A DNA stretch of 64,000 nucleotides, taken from IMG/VR virus record IMGVR_UViG_3300042888_001173. The stretch is one strand, 5' to 3'. The first letter of the stretch is position 1. Each line of letters starts with the position of its first letter. Below the pieces are notes generated by a model. The model had not been told where the DNA came from. It saw only the letters and a program-made list of their open reading frames with translations, and did not search any database. Made by a program: the position numbers and the translations under genes. This document shows positions 1 to 9,507 of the stretch, in pieces. The stretch comes from an uncultured virus (IMG/VR IMGVR_UViG_3300042888_001173). Lineage: Duplodnaviria; Heunggongvirae; Uroviricota; Caudoviricetes.

Positions 1-17
1 GGTTGTAGATTTGCCAT
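1..17 (-). CDS. 5' start of a gene running off the window (MANLQ...)
   Basis: AAGGAG Shine-Dalgarno followed by ATG GCA AAT CTA CAA; truncated by the window edge. Confidence 0.6.
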
Positions 18-104
18 CTCTAGTCTCCTTTGTAAGGTAGCAAGTTTGACGACATGCAGAGTTTATAAAGCGGGATGAATGACGTAGAAAGTCCGCTAAG
101 TTTT

Positions 105-133
105 AGTATACAGTCTATTTAACTGTTTTGCAA
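105..133 (-). promoter_or_regulatory. sigma70-like promoter
   Basis: TTGCAA-17bp-TATACT. Confidence 0.55.
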
Positions 134-754
134 CTGATTCTTAAAATTATCTATGCTAAGAAACCCAACATTAGATTTTTTCCATTCTGGTGGCATCAGC
201 CATTTGTCATGATTCACAATATTATATTCTATAGTAGGAAACAATTTGAATACTTTGGCTGCTTGCCAAATCCAATAGCTAGGATCAACTGAGTGTGATC
301 CTCCGGAAGAATAATTTTTTGTGTTTTTATAAAGATTGTTTACTAACGTATCGTTACCGTATAAATCAAAACCCAATAGATAAACTTTTTTAATGTCTGG
401 CAACTGAGAAGCAACCAGTAATGCATAAGTTCCACTACCCCAATTTCTTGGTTGATCAATTCTATTGTGTTCTTGATTGGGAATATCAGGTAATAGAATT
501 ATATTTTTGTGCTTTTGCACCTTGCGAAACCATTGATATGCGTGTTCTCGAACATATATAAATGTTGAAGCTGTGTTTGGATTTTCTACTGCTTCTCTTA
601 CCATACGTTCATCACAGCAAATAAGGTGATTGACCACAGCGTCTCGATGTATGGCGTTACAGCCTACCAATAATATATTACCTAATAAATTTTGTATATT
701 AATAGAACCACGACTTTCGCCATTGCCCATTACCAGTACAGAATTAGGTATCAT
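119..754 (-). CDS. hypothetical protein, possible glycosyltransferase-related Rossmann-like fold
   Basis: 211 aa; VMGNGESR, GCNA and LLGFDLY motifs. Confidence 0.5.
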   Translation of the reverse strand: MIPNSVLVMGNGESRGSINIQNLLGNILLVGCNAIHRDAVVNHLICCDERMVREAVENPNTASTFIYVREHAYQWFRKVQKHKNIILLPDIPNQEHNRIDQPRNWGSGTYALLVASQLPDIKKVYLLGFDLYGNDTLVNNLYKNTKNYSSGGSHSVDPSYWIWQAAKVFKLFPTIEYNIVNHDKWLMPPEWKKSNVGFLSIDNFKNQLQNS

Positions 755-1629
755 CTATCTCTTTCTTTGATTTCTCCGAATGGTAACCAAGTTCCTGGCA
801 CACCGGATTTTGCACAGACCCAACCTATATACTTTTTAATTTCTGGTTCTGAATTCCAAACTATGTCACCTCGAGTGTATGCACCATAGTCCGGGGGTGT
901 GCTTGCATATGACTGCATATGTCCGTTAAATCTTACTGATCCGTTTACGTGTAAATCGACCGCTGGATCGGGATTCTTGACTCCAATACTTAATTTTCCA
1001 TGAATTGACACTTGAATAGGGGGTTGTTCAGTGTTGCCTAGTTGTATATTTCCATTAGGTGATACGCTTATTCTAGTTGTATTATCGGTGATAATGTCAA
1101 AAGGAGTACTGGCATGTGTTCCTACCATTCCTCGTGTTTGATCTTTAGTTCCAAGCATAACCTCAATGCCGTCTTCTGCTACAGATAATCCTGCATTTGG
1201 AGTGTCCGTACCTAGTCCCAGTCTATTATTTTCTTTATTGTAATAGATGTATTGATCGATTACTATTGATCCGTCTACGATCAATCCTCGAAGTCTTCCT
1301 AGTTCACGTAGATTGCTCTTTGTTACAGATGTGCCTAGTTCCGTAGAAGAAAGAATAGGCACTCCGCCAATGATCAATGTGCGATCTTTGAATAGTTCAA
1401 TGTGCTCAGATGAGAAAAATCTATCCGGCTTTTCATTGTACACAAATTGTTTTACATTACCTTCACCGAACCAAAGGATGCCCTTGCCGTTATTTGTGCT
1501 ACCGTCTTTGGCACGAAATTCTACAAATTGTGTAATTTCCTGAGCAACAGGTCGATGTGCCTGTTCCAACAGTGCTTTAAAAGCATCGTTGAATTCAGTA
1601 AGAGTTTGATCGATATTGGTATTATTCAT
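751..1629 (-). CDS. putative virion/tail-fibre-associated protein
   Basis: Repeats of the LGLGTDTP/IGVKNPDP-LHVNG type, C-terminal GDIVWN...GWVC..SG.PGTW; TAAATA just upstream. Confidence 0.55.
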   Translation of the reverse strand: MNNTNIDQTLTEFNDAFKALLEQAHRPVAQEITQFVEFRAKDGSTNNGKGILWFGEGNVKQFVYNEKPDRFFSSEHIELFKDRTLIIGGVPILSSTELGTSVTKSNLRELGRLRGLIVDGSIVIDQYIYYNKENNRLGLGTDTPNAGLSVAEDGIEVMLGTKDQTRGMVGTHASTPFDIITDNTTRISVSPNGNIQLGNTEQPPIQVSIHGKLSIGVKNPDPAVDLHVNGSVRFNGHMQSYASTPPDYGAYTRGDIVWNSEPEIKKYIGWVCAKSGVPGTWLPFGEIKERDR

Positions 1630-1659
1630 ATCAGTATTTATCAAACTCTCACTGAAATA

Positions 1660-2832
1660 TTATGCAATCTTTAACAGCATAATATCTTCGTTGATTCGAC
1701 CGTTCATCTTGGTATCTACTGCATTAATCTCTTCAAGAAACTTGCGAAGAACCACTTTGCCAGCCTCTTTAAAGGCCTTGATTTGTTCTGCAGGCTTACG
1801 CAAAGTTTTTTGCACACTTTTTATTTCGTTGAAGCCTGTAATAGTGGTGCCTTTGATACCAAGTTCCTGGAACTCAGCAGCCACATACTTGCCAAGTTTG
1901 CGTGTTTTACTGTTAAAAATCCATAATTCCTGAGCACCAATAATGTCTGCTGGATTAATACTAACCAGTTTGAGAGGCTCGTCGCTCTTCTTGTACTTGA
2001 GTTTGGCAATGATCTTGTCTTTGCTGACAACCTTTTTAGCACGGGGCTTCTTGTTAACCTTGGCCTCTTGCATTAGCATATTGCAGGCACTTTCAATTTC
2101 TTGTAAAAATGCAATAAAGGATTTAATCTGTTTCTTGCTACGGTGACTGTAGCCTTCTTTCAACTGCTCGTCAGCTTTGCCACTGGCGAGCTCAAGTAGC
2201 TCTGTAAGGTCACGAGCATAAAAGTCACGAATGATCCGAGCGTGAGCTGCCTTGGCCTGTTTTGCCTTGAGCAAGTTCAGCATTTTAAATGCCTTTGGAT
2301 CAAATGTTTCGGGATCAGTTTGAAACGCTTCGATGGCTGCTTCAATTTCCTCAGTCATTCCCAAAGACACTTCACGAAGCCGTTCTTGGATGCTAGGAAC
2401 ATATACATCTTTTTTAACCTCAATGCCGCTATCGCTGTCATCAACATCGTCCCGTCCCTGCTCAATAACTTCGTTGATACGAGCCCGCAACCAAACGGCA
2501 GTGTCTCTACCTTCATTGAACTCGTCACGAACACTAGGCATACCTTTGAGTAGACAGGCTGCAACTGCACCCATTGTCATGCCGCAACGATTGTCTTTGG
2601 TTTTCTTAAATGCAGAAATATCTTCTTTGGTACAGCCCTGACGACCCATCCAATCTATCACTTTGGGTTTGAGTTCCTTGGCAGAACTTTCTAAACGATA
2701 CCAGGCCATGGCAGAATGAAACTGGCGTAAGAATTGATTGGTATCCCAGGTTTCGTGTCCTTCCCATTTTGGGCTAAAGTCACGACCCTTCTTTGCACGA
2801 ACTTCTGCCAAATGTTTTGCGTTAGTAGCCAT
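1660..2832 (-). CDS. hypothetical phage protein
   Basis: 390-aa ORF with GGAG SD and upstream promoter. Confidence 0.75.
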   Translation of the reverse strand: MATNAKHLAEVRAKKGRDFSPKWEGHETWDTNQFLRQFHSAMAWYRLESSAKELKPKVIDWMGRQGCTKEDISAFKKTKDNRCGMTMGAVAACLLKGMPSVRDEFNEGRDTAVWLRARINEVIEQGRDDVDDSDSGIEVKKDVYVPSIQERLREVSLGMTEEIEAAIEAFQTDPETFDPKAFKMLNLLKAKQAKAAHARIIRDFYARDLTELLELASGKADEQLKEGYSHRSKKQIKSFIAFLQEIESACNMLMQEAKVNKKPRAKKVVSKDKIIAKLKYKKSDEPLKLVSINPADIIGAQELWIFNSKTRKLGKYVAAEFQELGIKGTTITGFNEIKSVQKTLRKPAEQIKAFKEAGKVVLRKFLEEINAVDTKMNGRINEDIMLLKIA

Positions 2833-2862
2833 TTTCACTCCAGTGTGTTAAACAATACTTAT

Positions 2863-2891
2863 AGTATAACACCATTTATCAAGATTGTCAA
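2863..2891 (-). promoter_or_regulatory. sigma70-like promoter
   Basis: TTGACA-17bp-TATACT. Confidence 0.75.
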
Positions 2892-3082
2892 CTGTGTTCA
2901 AATCTTTTGACCTTTTCTAACTCGCCATCTTCGTTTTCCAAATACACAATGCTGGCAATATAGCCCAAATTTAATTGAGTCTGAGCAATTTCAAAAGCCT
3001 GCTTACGGCTGTTGGTTGTTTCAATCAACTCTTCTTGGCCGGCATCGTCCTCGGCCCATACTTCATAAAGTTCCCAGTTCAT
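2888..3082 (-). CDS. small acidic hypothetical protein
   Basis: 64-aa ORF, AGGAG upstream. Confidence 0.65.
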   Translation of the reverse strand: MNWELYEVWAEDDAGQEELIETTNSRKQAFEIAQTQLNLGYIASIVYLENEDGELEKVKRFEHS

Positions 3083-3105
3083 TTTGGACTATTGTCTCCT
3101 TTTGG

Positions 3106-3678
3106 TTAGTCGTCCATTCTATCGTCTTGGACTACCCAGCCCAGACGAAATAGATCCTCACGGATCTCATCAGTGACTATGCCTTCGCTAACATAGCCTT
3201 CACCTTCTTTATAGGCCAGTTGTTGTTGCTCAGTGAGCACAGCAAACTCGCTTGCAATTAGAGTTCTAGTATCTCTAATACCGCTACAATACCAATCAAT
3301 GTAATCGCCTTTCTCCTGCATATCGGCAACGATACCACCAGCATATCTCCACGAACACGACCAGCGTTGATTTTTTAGAATAGGTAAAACATCCATTTTG
3401 ATAAACTGCATATTGCACATTGAGGCATAGAGATTCTGAGCATACACATTACTTTCACGAACCTTGGCCAGTATCCAATCAGTGGATCGAAGATCATATT
3501 CCATATTGTCTTTACGCCAATTGGGATCCTCTTCTTTGATCAGTTTATCAAAATTATGTTCTTCGTACATTCTAATATATGCTTTGCTAGGCTCTTTGCC
3601 CTCTTCCTTACAGCGTTCGATATACTTTTCTTTTTGAAAAGTATTACGGGAGGGGCTTCTTGAAATTTTTAACATCAT
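3106..3678 (-). CDS. hypothetical protein
   Basis: 190-aa ORF in a tightly packed operon. Confidence 0.7.
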   Translation of the reverse strand: MMLKISRSPSRNTFQKEKYIERCKEEGKEPSKAYIRMYEEHNFDKLIKEEDPNWRKDNMEYDLRSTDWILAKVRESNVYAQNLYASMCNMQFIKMDVLPILKNQRWSCSWRYAGGIVADMQEKGDYIDWYCSGIRDTRTLIASEFAVLTEQQQLAYKEGEGYVSEGIVTDEIREDLFRLGWVVQDDRMDD

Positions 3679-3985
3679 ATACAGCTTGTTTTAGTGTTTC
3701 ACTATAATTAAGAGCACTTTGTTCTGACAAATGTATGTTAGTTTCGAAGTCTACATGGCCGTTGATTAACAATGTCCAAATGTGTTGCCAACGATTCATT
3801 GACCAAAAGTTAGTTCTTGTTTTAGTATAAATGGTTACAGTTACGCCGGTATCTTCTGCCTCTATATCAACGGTATGTGTACAATCATCGTTGCCGCATT
3901 CGCAGACAACCTTGTACATTTTAGATGTACCCCACTCATTAACTTTTAAAATACTCCTAGCTGGAGCTTCGGCTGTTAGGTCCAT
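3644..3985 (-). CDS. hypothetical protein (CxCxxxxC motif)
   Basis: 113-aa ORF. Confidence 0.65.
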   Translation of the reverse strand: MDLTAEAPARSILKVNEWGTSKMYKVVCECGNDDCTHTVDIEAEDTGVTVTIYTKTRTNFWSMNRWQHIWTLLINGHVDFETNIHLSEQSALNYSETLKQAVYDVKNFKKPLP

Positions 3986-4812
3986 AAACTATCTCTAGCC
4001 TTGATTAATCGGATCATCATGACTTCATCTTCTTTTTCATATGCGGCTTCAATTTTCTGAAGTAGCTTGTGTGATTTATCGCTTAGTTTTTTAAGTTCAG
4101 GAGTACTCTTACCACCAAACAATTTGCCACCATTGAGAATTCTAGCCTGTTCGCAGTAGTCACTCCAGCCACTGGCATCATATGGATCAGGACGAGCACG
4201 ATAGGTCACAGTCCACCAGGTGTAGAGTTCTTTGATTTCTTTGGCACGTTCTGCTTGTCCGGTGGGCTTGCCGTATTCTGGATCGTCTGGTTGGCACCAG
4301 TCAGTGTTGGTCAGTGTCATTGCCCAGTCTAAGTGATCGAGACCAGCCTGTGGGCAACGCCACACACGCCAACGGAACCAACCACTGGCCCAGAAGGGAG
4401 GATCATACTTGGCACGAGCTTCTTTGTCGCCCCAGGCAATATGACTCCAAGCTGATTCTATCTCAACAAAATCAACCAACTCATTGAATAAGCAAGGCAA
4501 AAAGCGGTTCCCCACGTCCTGCCACTGGCCAGGCTTAATATCCCGGGGATGAGCGGTAAGGCTATGAGTGCGACTAACCCAACGGTTGTTAATGTAGTAC
4601 TTGATATCATAAAGAGTCCTTACAGGCCAAGTGACAAAATCTTGGATGTGTCCAAGTGCTTCTTCTGCTAACCAATAGCGGAAGTTGTGCTTCATCTGAG
4701 CGGCTGTGGTCCAGTCATCCCATTCATCGGATGTACCCGCGGCCAGTTTTTTAGTACCGCGAAGCCAATCAGCGAACGGTGAGCAAGACCAATAGTTTGT
4801 GTGTTGTGCCAT
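3976..4812 (-). CDS. Trp-rich hypothetical protein
   Basis: 278-aa ORF directly after a promoter. Confidence 0.75.
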   Translation of the reverse strand: MAQHTNYWSCSPFADWLRGTKKLAAGTSDEWDDWTTAAQMKHNFRYWLAEEALGHIQDFVTWPVRTLYDIKYYINNRWVSRTHSLTAHPRDIKPGQWQDVGNRFLPCLFNELVDFVEIESAWSHIAWGDKEARAKYDPPFWASGWFRWRVWRCPQAGLDHLDWAMTLTNTDWCQPDDPEYGKPTGQAERAKEIKELYTWWTVTYRARPDPYDASGWSDYCEQARILNGGKLFGGKSTPELKKLSDKSHKLLQKIEAAYEKEDEVMMIRLIKARDSLWT

Positions 4813-4821
4813 AATAAAGTA

Positions 4822-4850
4822 ATTATACAGTCTTTCTAGAAACCTGTCAA
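4822..4850 (-). promoter_or_regulatory. sigma70 consensus promoter
   Basis: TTGACA-17bp-TATAAT. Confidence 0.85.
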
Positions 4851-5506
4851 TAAGATTCTTTTTTGAACAATTCTAAATCTTCCGGAGTATTGATTTCAGC
4901 AGCGATTCCTGCGTCGATGATACCAATAGTGTAACCATTTTGTATCCAACGTAATTGTTCCAGACTTTCAATGTTTTCTTCGGGATAGACAGTCAGTGTT
5001 TGGTATTTTTTAAGAGCATCCATTCTGTAAGCGTAGATACCGTAATGCCAATCACCGTATTTTAAAGGAGCACGACAGAACCAGTGTGCTTCGGTGCCCG
5101 ACGAAATCACTTTAACAGTGTTAGGATCGTGTCGTTGACCATCTGCCATGGGATGTTTTAATGTGGCAACATCGTAGATATTGAGCAGCAATGGCAATTT
5201 CTTTACATCTTCTACAGGCACTGTTACCATGTCACCCTGCACATTGATTATGGCATCATAATGAGGCATTTGATCTATGGCTTTGGCAATACGAGCTGTA
5301 CCGTTTTCAGAATCATATACCAGTAGAGCATTTGATACTTCAGCGGCAATGTCTTTGCTGTCCGTTGCAACATATACATCGAGCCCCGTGGATAAGCATT
5401 GTTCGTAGACTCTACGAATAAGAGTTTGTCCACCGACATCACATAGCATTTTATTTGGAAAGCGAGTGCTTGCAAGTCTCGCGGGTATCACAATTGCGGT
5501 TTTCAT
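4847..5506 (-). CDS. kdsB: 3-deoxy-manno-octulosonate cytidylyltransferase (CMP-Kdo synthetase)
   Basis: IVIPARLASTRFPNKML, NVQGD, HYGIYAY, ESLEQLRW, INTPEDL motifs. Confidence 0.9.
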   Translation of the reverse strand: MKTAIVIPARLASTRFPNKMLCDVGGQTLIRRVYEQCLSTGLDVYVATDSKDIAAEVSNALLVYDSENGTARIAKAIDQMPHYDAIINVQGDMVTVPVEDVKKLPLLLNIYDVATLKHPMADGQRHDPNTVKVISSGTEAHWFCRAPLKYGDWHYGIYAYRMDALKKYQTLTVYPEENIESLEQLRWIQNGYTIGIIDAGIAAEINTPEDLELFKKESY

Positions 5507-5890
5507 TTAGATTTTTCTTTGATATCCTGCCAGATTAAGCATAATACTGTATTGTTCGTATGCTTTTTGCACAGCCGTGTTTGACTGCCGATACCAACTT
5601 TCCTCACGTTCTTTTTCCATAAGCATAGAAAACATATCAGCATCACTGTAGCCGTGTTTATGGTTGCCAAAAAATCTCTGTTCCATTTCTACTAGAGCTC
5701 GAAAGCGGCTTTCAGGTATTTGAACTGTATAGACTTTTTCAGTTTCAAATTCTACAAAATCCTTATTGATAATATCTGCTCGCATAGGATCTGTAAAATA
5801 TTTGGGAGGGTGGTATCTAGCCCTCCGTTTTTGATCATCTACGATTTGTATTTCGTAGTTTTTGCAAAACTGATCAATTTTTTCTTTCAT
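5507..5890 (-). CDS. hypothetical protein
   Basis: 127-aa ORF coupled to thyX and kdsB. Confidence 0.7.
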   Translation of the reverse strand: MKEKIDQFCKNYEIQIVDDQKRRARYHPPKYFTDPMRADIINKDFVEFETEKVYTVQIPESRFRALVEMEQRFFGNHKHGYSDADMFSMLMEKEREESWYRQSNTAVQKAYEQYSIMLNLAGYQRKI

Positions 5891-6552
5891 TGCACTAGGC
5901 TTTCACTCATTGGGAATATGGCAGCAATGGCCTTAGCACAGGCTACAGCAACTAGTTGATGCTCTTTTTGTGTACCGTTTGCACTACGCAATTCAATAAA
6001 GTGAATCCAGCTACGTAGAGTGCCGTTCATATACAATCTGCTTTCAATTAGGCCTTCGGGTAACACAGCACGAGCCTGTTCCTTGGCTATGCCATTCTTG
6101 ATAGCCCACTCGTATTCTCGTTGTGCGGCATAGATGACTCGTTGTTGAGCTCTAAACCATTCATTTTGTAACTGTTGATCTTCCACTTCGACTGAGTTCT
6201 GTCTGTTTTTGGAGTCTTGTAGTCTGGCTTCTCTTGTAACGAAATTGAGATCTCGAGTTGGGTCAGCATAGCGTTGAGAAAATTCTTGGAAACTAAAACT
6301 TCTGTGTCTAAGGATCTGTCGGGCAATGTCTCTGGTTGTGGTAATTTCAACGCAGGCGGAGACCATTTCAAGTGGGCTCCAGTGGGCGTGTTTAACAAGA
6401 TATCGTATGAGTTTTTCGGATGTGTCTGTGTTGAGCTGATTGGAGGGATTGCTGACACGGGCGCAATACGCAATGAGTTCCTGCGCATCTGTGAGGCCCA
6501 GATCTCTAAATTCCTCTGTTGGTTGACTATAGGATAAAAGTTTAACATTCAT
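5887..6552 (-). CDS. thyX: FAD-dependent thymidylate synthase
   Basis: RHRSFSFQEFSQRY signature, HWSPLE, ARAVLP. Confidence 0.97.
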   Translation of the reverse strand: MNVKLLSYSQPTEEFRDLGLTDAQELIAYCARVSNPSNQLNTDTSEKLIRYLVKHAHWSPLEMVSACVEITTTRDIARQILRHRSFSFQEFSQRYADPTRDLNFVTREARLQDSKNRQNSVEVEDQQLQNEWFRAQQRVIYAAQREYEWAIKNGIAKEQARAVLPEGLIESRLYMNGTLRSWIHFIELRSANGTQKEHQLVAVACAKAIAAIFPMSESLVQ

Positions 6553-6556
6553 GTAT

Positions 6557-7057
6557 TTAATCTTCTTTAGGTGGTTCCTGACAGAGTTTCTCCATCAGCT
6601 TGTAATGATCGTAGGCTTTTTTAAGTGCGGCAAACTGTTCTAGTTTCTTAGGGTCAGGCACAAGTATGGCCAAGCGTTCTTCCATCTTGTTCATGAACTC
6701 TTTGAGACTTTTGCCATCTACTTTGATATCAGTGCCAGCGGCCATATCAATACCGTCACTGCTGATATTCACACTTGATGATGTATTATAACCACTAGTA
6801 CCTGTGATATAATAGTTATTACTGCTGGCACTTCCAATGGTATATCCATTATTAGCAATAGTTGTGCTCGGTAAAGTAATAGTATTTGAACTGTACATAC
6901 TATTCATAGTGCTAGTATCTATTGTGATGGTATCGACGCCGCCACTATAACTGATGTTACCATAGTCGGGAGGAACGGCGCCGTAACCTAGATCTAATGT
7001 ACCAATATCCTGTGCAATAATGCCTACATCAGGATCGTCAAGATCTTGTTTGCTCAC
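6557..7057 (-). CDS. hypothetical protein, Ser/Thr-rich middle region
   Basis: 166-aa ORF. Confidence 0.65.
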   Translation of the reverse strand: MSKQDLDDPDVGIIAQDIGTLDLGYGAVPPDYGNISYSGGVDTITIDTSTMNSMYSSNTITLPSTTIANNGYTIGSASSNNYYITGTSGYNTSSSVNISSDGIDMAAGTDIKVDGKSLKEFMNKMEERLAILVPDPKKLEQFAALKKAYDHYKLMEKLCQEPPKED

Positions 7058-7059
7058 GA

Positions 7060-7251
7060 TTAGGCCTTGGCTTCTTTACGAGTGTTTTTTTCTTCTGTGA
7101 TTTCGTTGCGACGAGTTTTAACACCCTTGGCAACTTCTTGAAGTGCTTTACGAGCACGAGTACCTGCGGCACCGTTGCCTGCTGTGAATTTTGCGTCCTC
7201 AGCTAAGAATGCTTCGAAGTCTGCTTTTAATTGTTCTACTGTTGTTGACAT
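7060..7251 (-). CDS. histone H1-like Hc1 family protein
   Basis: KF..GNGAAGTRARKAL signature. Confidence 0.8.
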   Translation of the reverse strand: MSTTVEQLKADFEAFLAEDAKFTAGNGAAGTRARKALQEVAKGVKTRRNEITEEKNTRKEAKA

Positions 7252-7294
7252 AATTGTTTCCTTAAAGTTATGTTCTAATACTTATTATCGTATA

Positions 7295-7405
7295 TGGTAT
7301 GGTCGGTAGGTTTCGAACCTACAAGGGCTACGTCTATGACTACGCCCCGTCCCCTTACCAAGCTATGGGCCTGGCGGGAGGTCTGCCTATTCCACTCACG
7401 ACCAC
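7295..7405 (-). ncRNA. atypical 111-nt tRNA-like RNA with enlarged anticodon arm
   Basis: Acceptor GTGGTCG/CGACCAT+ACCA, Leu-like D loop, T arm GTAGG-TTCGAAA-CCTAC, no 7-nt anticodon loop. Confidence 0.75.
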
Positions 7406-7411
7406 AATATT

Positions 7412-7439
7412 AGTATACAGGAAATAATACTAGAGTCAA
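7412..7439 (-). promoter_or_regulatory. sigma70-like promoter for the tRNA-like RNA
   Basis: TTGACT-16bp-TATACT, 6 nt before the first G of the RNA. Confidence 0.6.
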
Positions 7440-7453
7440 GTCTTTTTTGTCAA

Positions 7454-8863
7454 TTATGTGAACAATTGGTAACTTACAGTCCAAAATAAATTAAGACCAG
7501 ATGTAATCGATGTACTAGTAATTGGTCTTAGTCTAATCGTACCAGATGCACTGTCGTAGTCTGCAGTAATCGAACCAATGATACTGAAGTTGATCGCTGC
7601 CGCTGTAGCCTGAGCATTTACAATAGTGACTGTGGTTGTGTCATTGACCAACAACACCTCACTAATATAGACATTGGTAGACTGATGGACTTTGAATGTT
7701 GCCCGACAACCTTTGTAGATTGTGGAGTTATAAGAAATGGTTGTATATGTCTCTGCTGTATTTGTAACCAATTGAGTATAGGTACCGTTTTGTACTCCCT
7801 CTACTACTCGAGCAACTCCCTGTGTCTGTAATGTGGTACTGACATAGTCTCTGTTAGCGTTGTTTTGTACAATACTGTCACCGACTGTTAGTGTGCCGTC
7901 AACAGTTAGATTACTGCTAAAGGTAGATGCTTGAGAAACTGTGATGCTGCTAGAATCTGTAGTTGATATAGTACTACCTATAATTCTAAGAGATTCAATG
8001 TCAACTGAGCCAGTTCCGTTTGCAGATAATATCAAAGTAGCATTAGTGTTTATAGTAGAAAGTCCATCTTGACTCAGTCTAACATCACCTAATGTAATAG
8101 TATTATTGTCAACAACATTTATGGTTGTACCCGAAAGCGCACCAAGTTGATTGATTTTCCATATACCGTCTGATGTTAATGCTGCTTTTTCCGACAATAC
8201 TCCTGCTGTACTACGAGTATCAAACGTAAGTTCGCCTGGAACAATTCCCAATGACACAGCTCCCGAAACTCTAGCAGTTATACCACCAATTGACACTCTA
8301 TTGGTACCGTCGTGACCTATGAAATTTAAATCAGCAATATCGTCGCCGTTGGCAACAGCGGTGGGTGCAATATCTGTTCCCCGAGTTCTTAAAAAATTAA
8401 AATTTACTGCATCAACAGTTGAGTGGTGTTGCGCATATGTTAATCCATTTCCAAACGTACCAGAATACGAATTTTTAGTAATATACACGTCACCTGAAGT
8501 TCTTAAAGAACCAACCAGAGCCCCTCCGGTGCCGTCAACTAGCAAGGTAGAATCATCTGCAAATACACTACCTGTTAAATCGCCATCAAACGGACCAGTA
8601 GCTGCCACAGTAACAGTAGCATCTATTCGACCAGCTGCGTCATTATAAGCAAATGTGATTCCGGAATGCGATCCTGTAGTAAACAATGATGCTGCGGCAT
8701 CAGCCGCATCTTCTAAAGAAATACCAGTAGTAGTGACACCGCCAGCAGTTGTACCATTACCCACAAACAATTGTCCGGTAGTAGTATCATGAATCAGCTC
8801 GCCGGTCAATGGTGTGATTGCAAGTCGTTGTGCAGTGGTCCCTCTGCGTATTTGTAATGGCAT
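7454..8863 (-). CDS. tail-fibre-like protein
   Basis: N-terminal MPLQIRRGT...GEL..DTTT..LFVGNG.T.GG motif typical of phage fibres; Thr/Ser/Gly-rich. Confidence 0.75.
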   Translation of the reverse strand: MPLQIRRGTTAQRLAITPLTGELIHDTTTGQLFVGNGTTAGGVTTTGISLEDAADAAASLFTTGSHSGITFAYNDAAGRIDATVTVAATGPFDGDLTGSVFADDSTLLVDGTGGALVGSLRTSGDVYITKNSYSGTFGNGLTYAQHHSTVDAVNFNFLRTRGTDIAPTAVANGDDIADLNFIGHDGTNRVSIGGITARVSGAVSLGIVPGELTFDTRSTAGVLSEKAALTSDGIWKINQLGALSGTTINVVDNNTITLGDVRLSQDGLSTINTNATLILSANGTGSVDIESLRIIGSTISTTDSSSITVSQASTFSSNLTVDGTLTVGDSIVQNNANRDYVSTTLQTQGVARVVEGVQNGTYTQLVTNTAETYTTISYNSTIYKGCRATFKVHQSTNVYISEVLLVNDTTTVTIVNAQATAAAINFSIIGSITADYDSASGTIRLRPITSTSITSGLNLFWTVSYQLFT

Positions 8864-9037
8864 TTTAAACTCCTGAATATCTTAACTTGTATTTATTCGC
8901 ATTATGATAACTTGGAGTGTTAAATTCTACTGTGAGTTATGATAGCAAACACGAATTTATACCCAAAAACAAAGTATTATGCTAGTTTAATAGACAACTA
9001 ATTTTTAAGCACCTACAGTTGATGGTTAAATATAGGC

Positions 9038-9490
9038 ATGAAACCAGTATTCCTAAACAGTGAGACAGACAAACTAGGCAATGAAATAAACGTTTTCAGG
9101 ACCGATCAACTTGGCAAGAGCCCCATTTATACATTCTTTCTGCGACAAATGGCAGAACTAATCGATAAAGGATTTGGAACATCTATTACCACATGGGATG
9201 ATAAAACCTGCGGAGCTGTTTATGCAGAACAAGATGGCAAGATTTTGGGTCATATTGTATATGATACAGTTAGGCCCAATCATCTTTGGATCACTCTTAG
9301 TGCTGTTGACGAAACTTGCAGAGGCAGAGGTATCTATACAATACTTCACAAGCACTTTGAGCAAATTGCAAAAGAAAAAGGTTGTCAATACATTTCAAGT
9401 TATGTACACGTTAAAAATCTTGTTCGACAGAAATCTGCTGAAAAGGTAGGAATGAAGCCTTTCTTCTACTTGATGATTAAAGAAATTTAA
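9038..9490 (+). CDS. GNAT-family acetyltransferase
   Basis: AVDETCRGRGIY acetyl-CoA motif A; N...K.G motif B. Confidence 0.8.
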   Translation: MKPVFLNSETDKLGNEINVFRTDQLGKSPIYTFFLRQMAELIDKGFGTSITTWDDKTCGAVYAEQDGKILGHIVYDTVRPNHLWITLSAVDETCRGRGIYTILHKHFEQIAKEKGCQYISSYVHVKNLVRQKSAEKVGMKPFFYLMIKEI

Positions 9491-9507
9491 AAATTCTGGC
9501 ATTTAAC

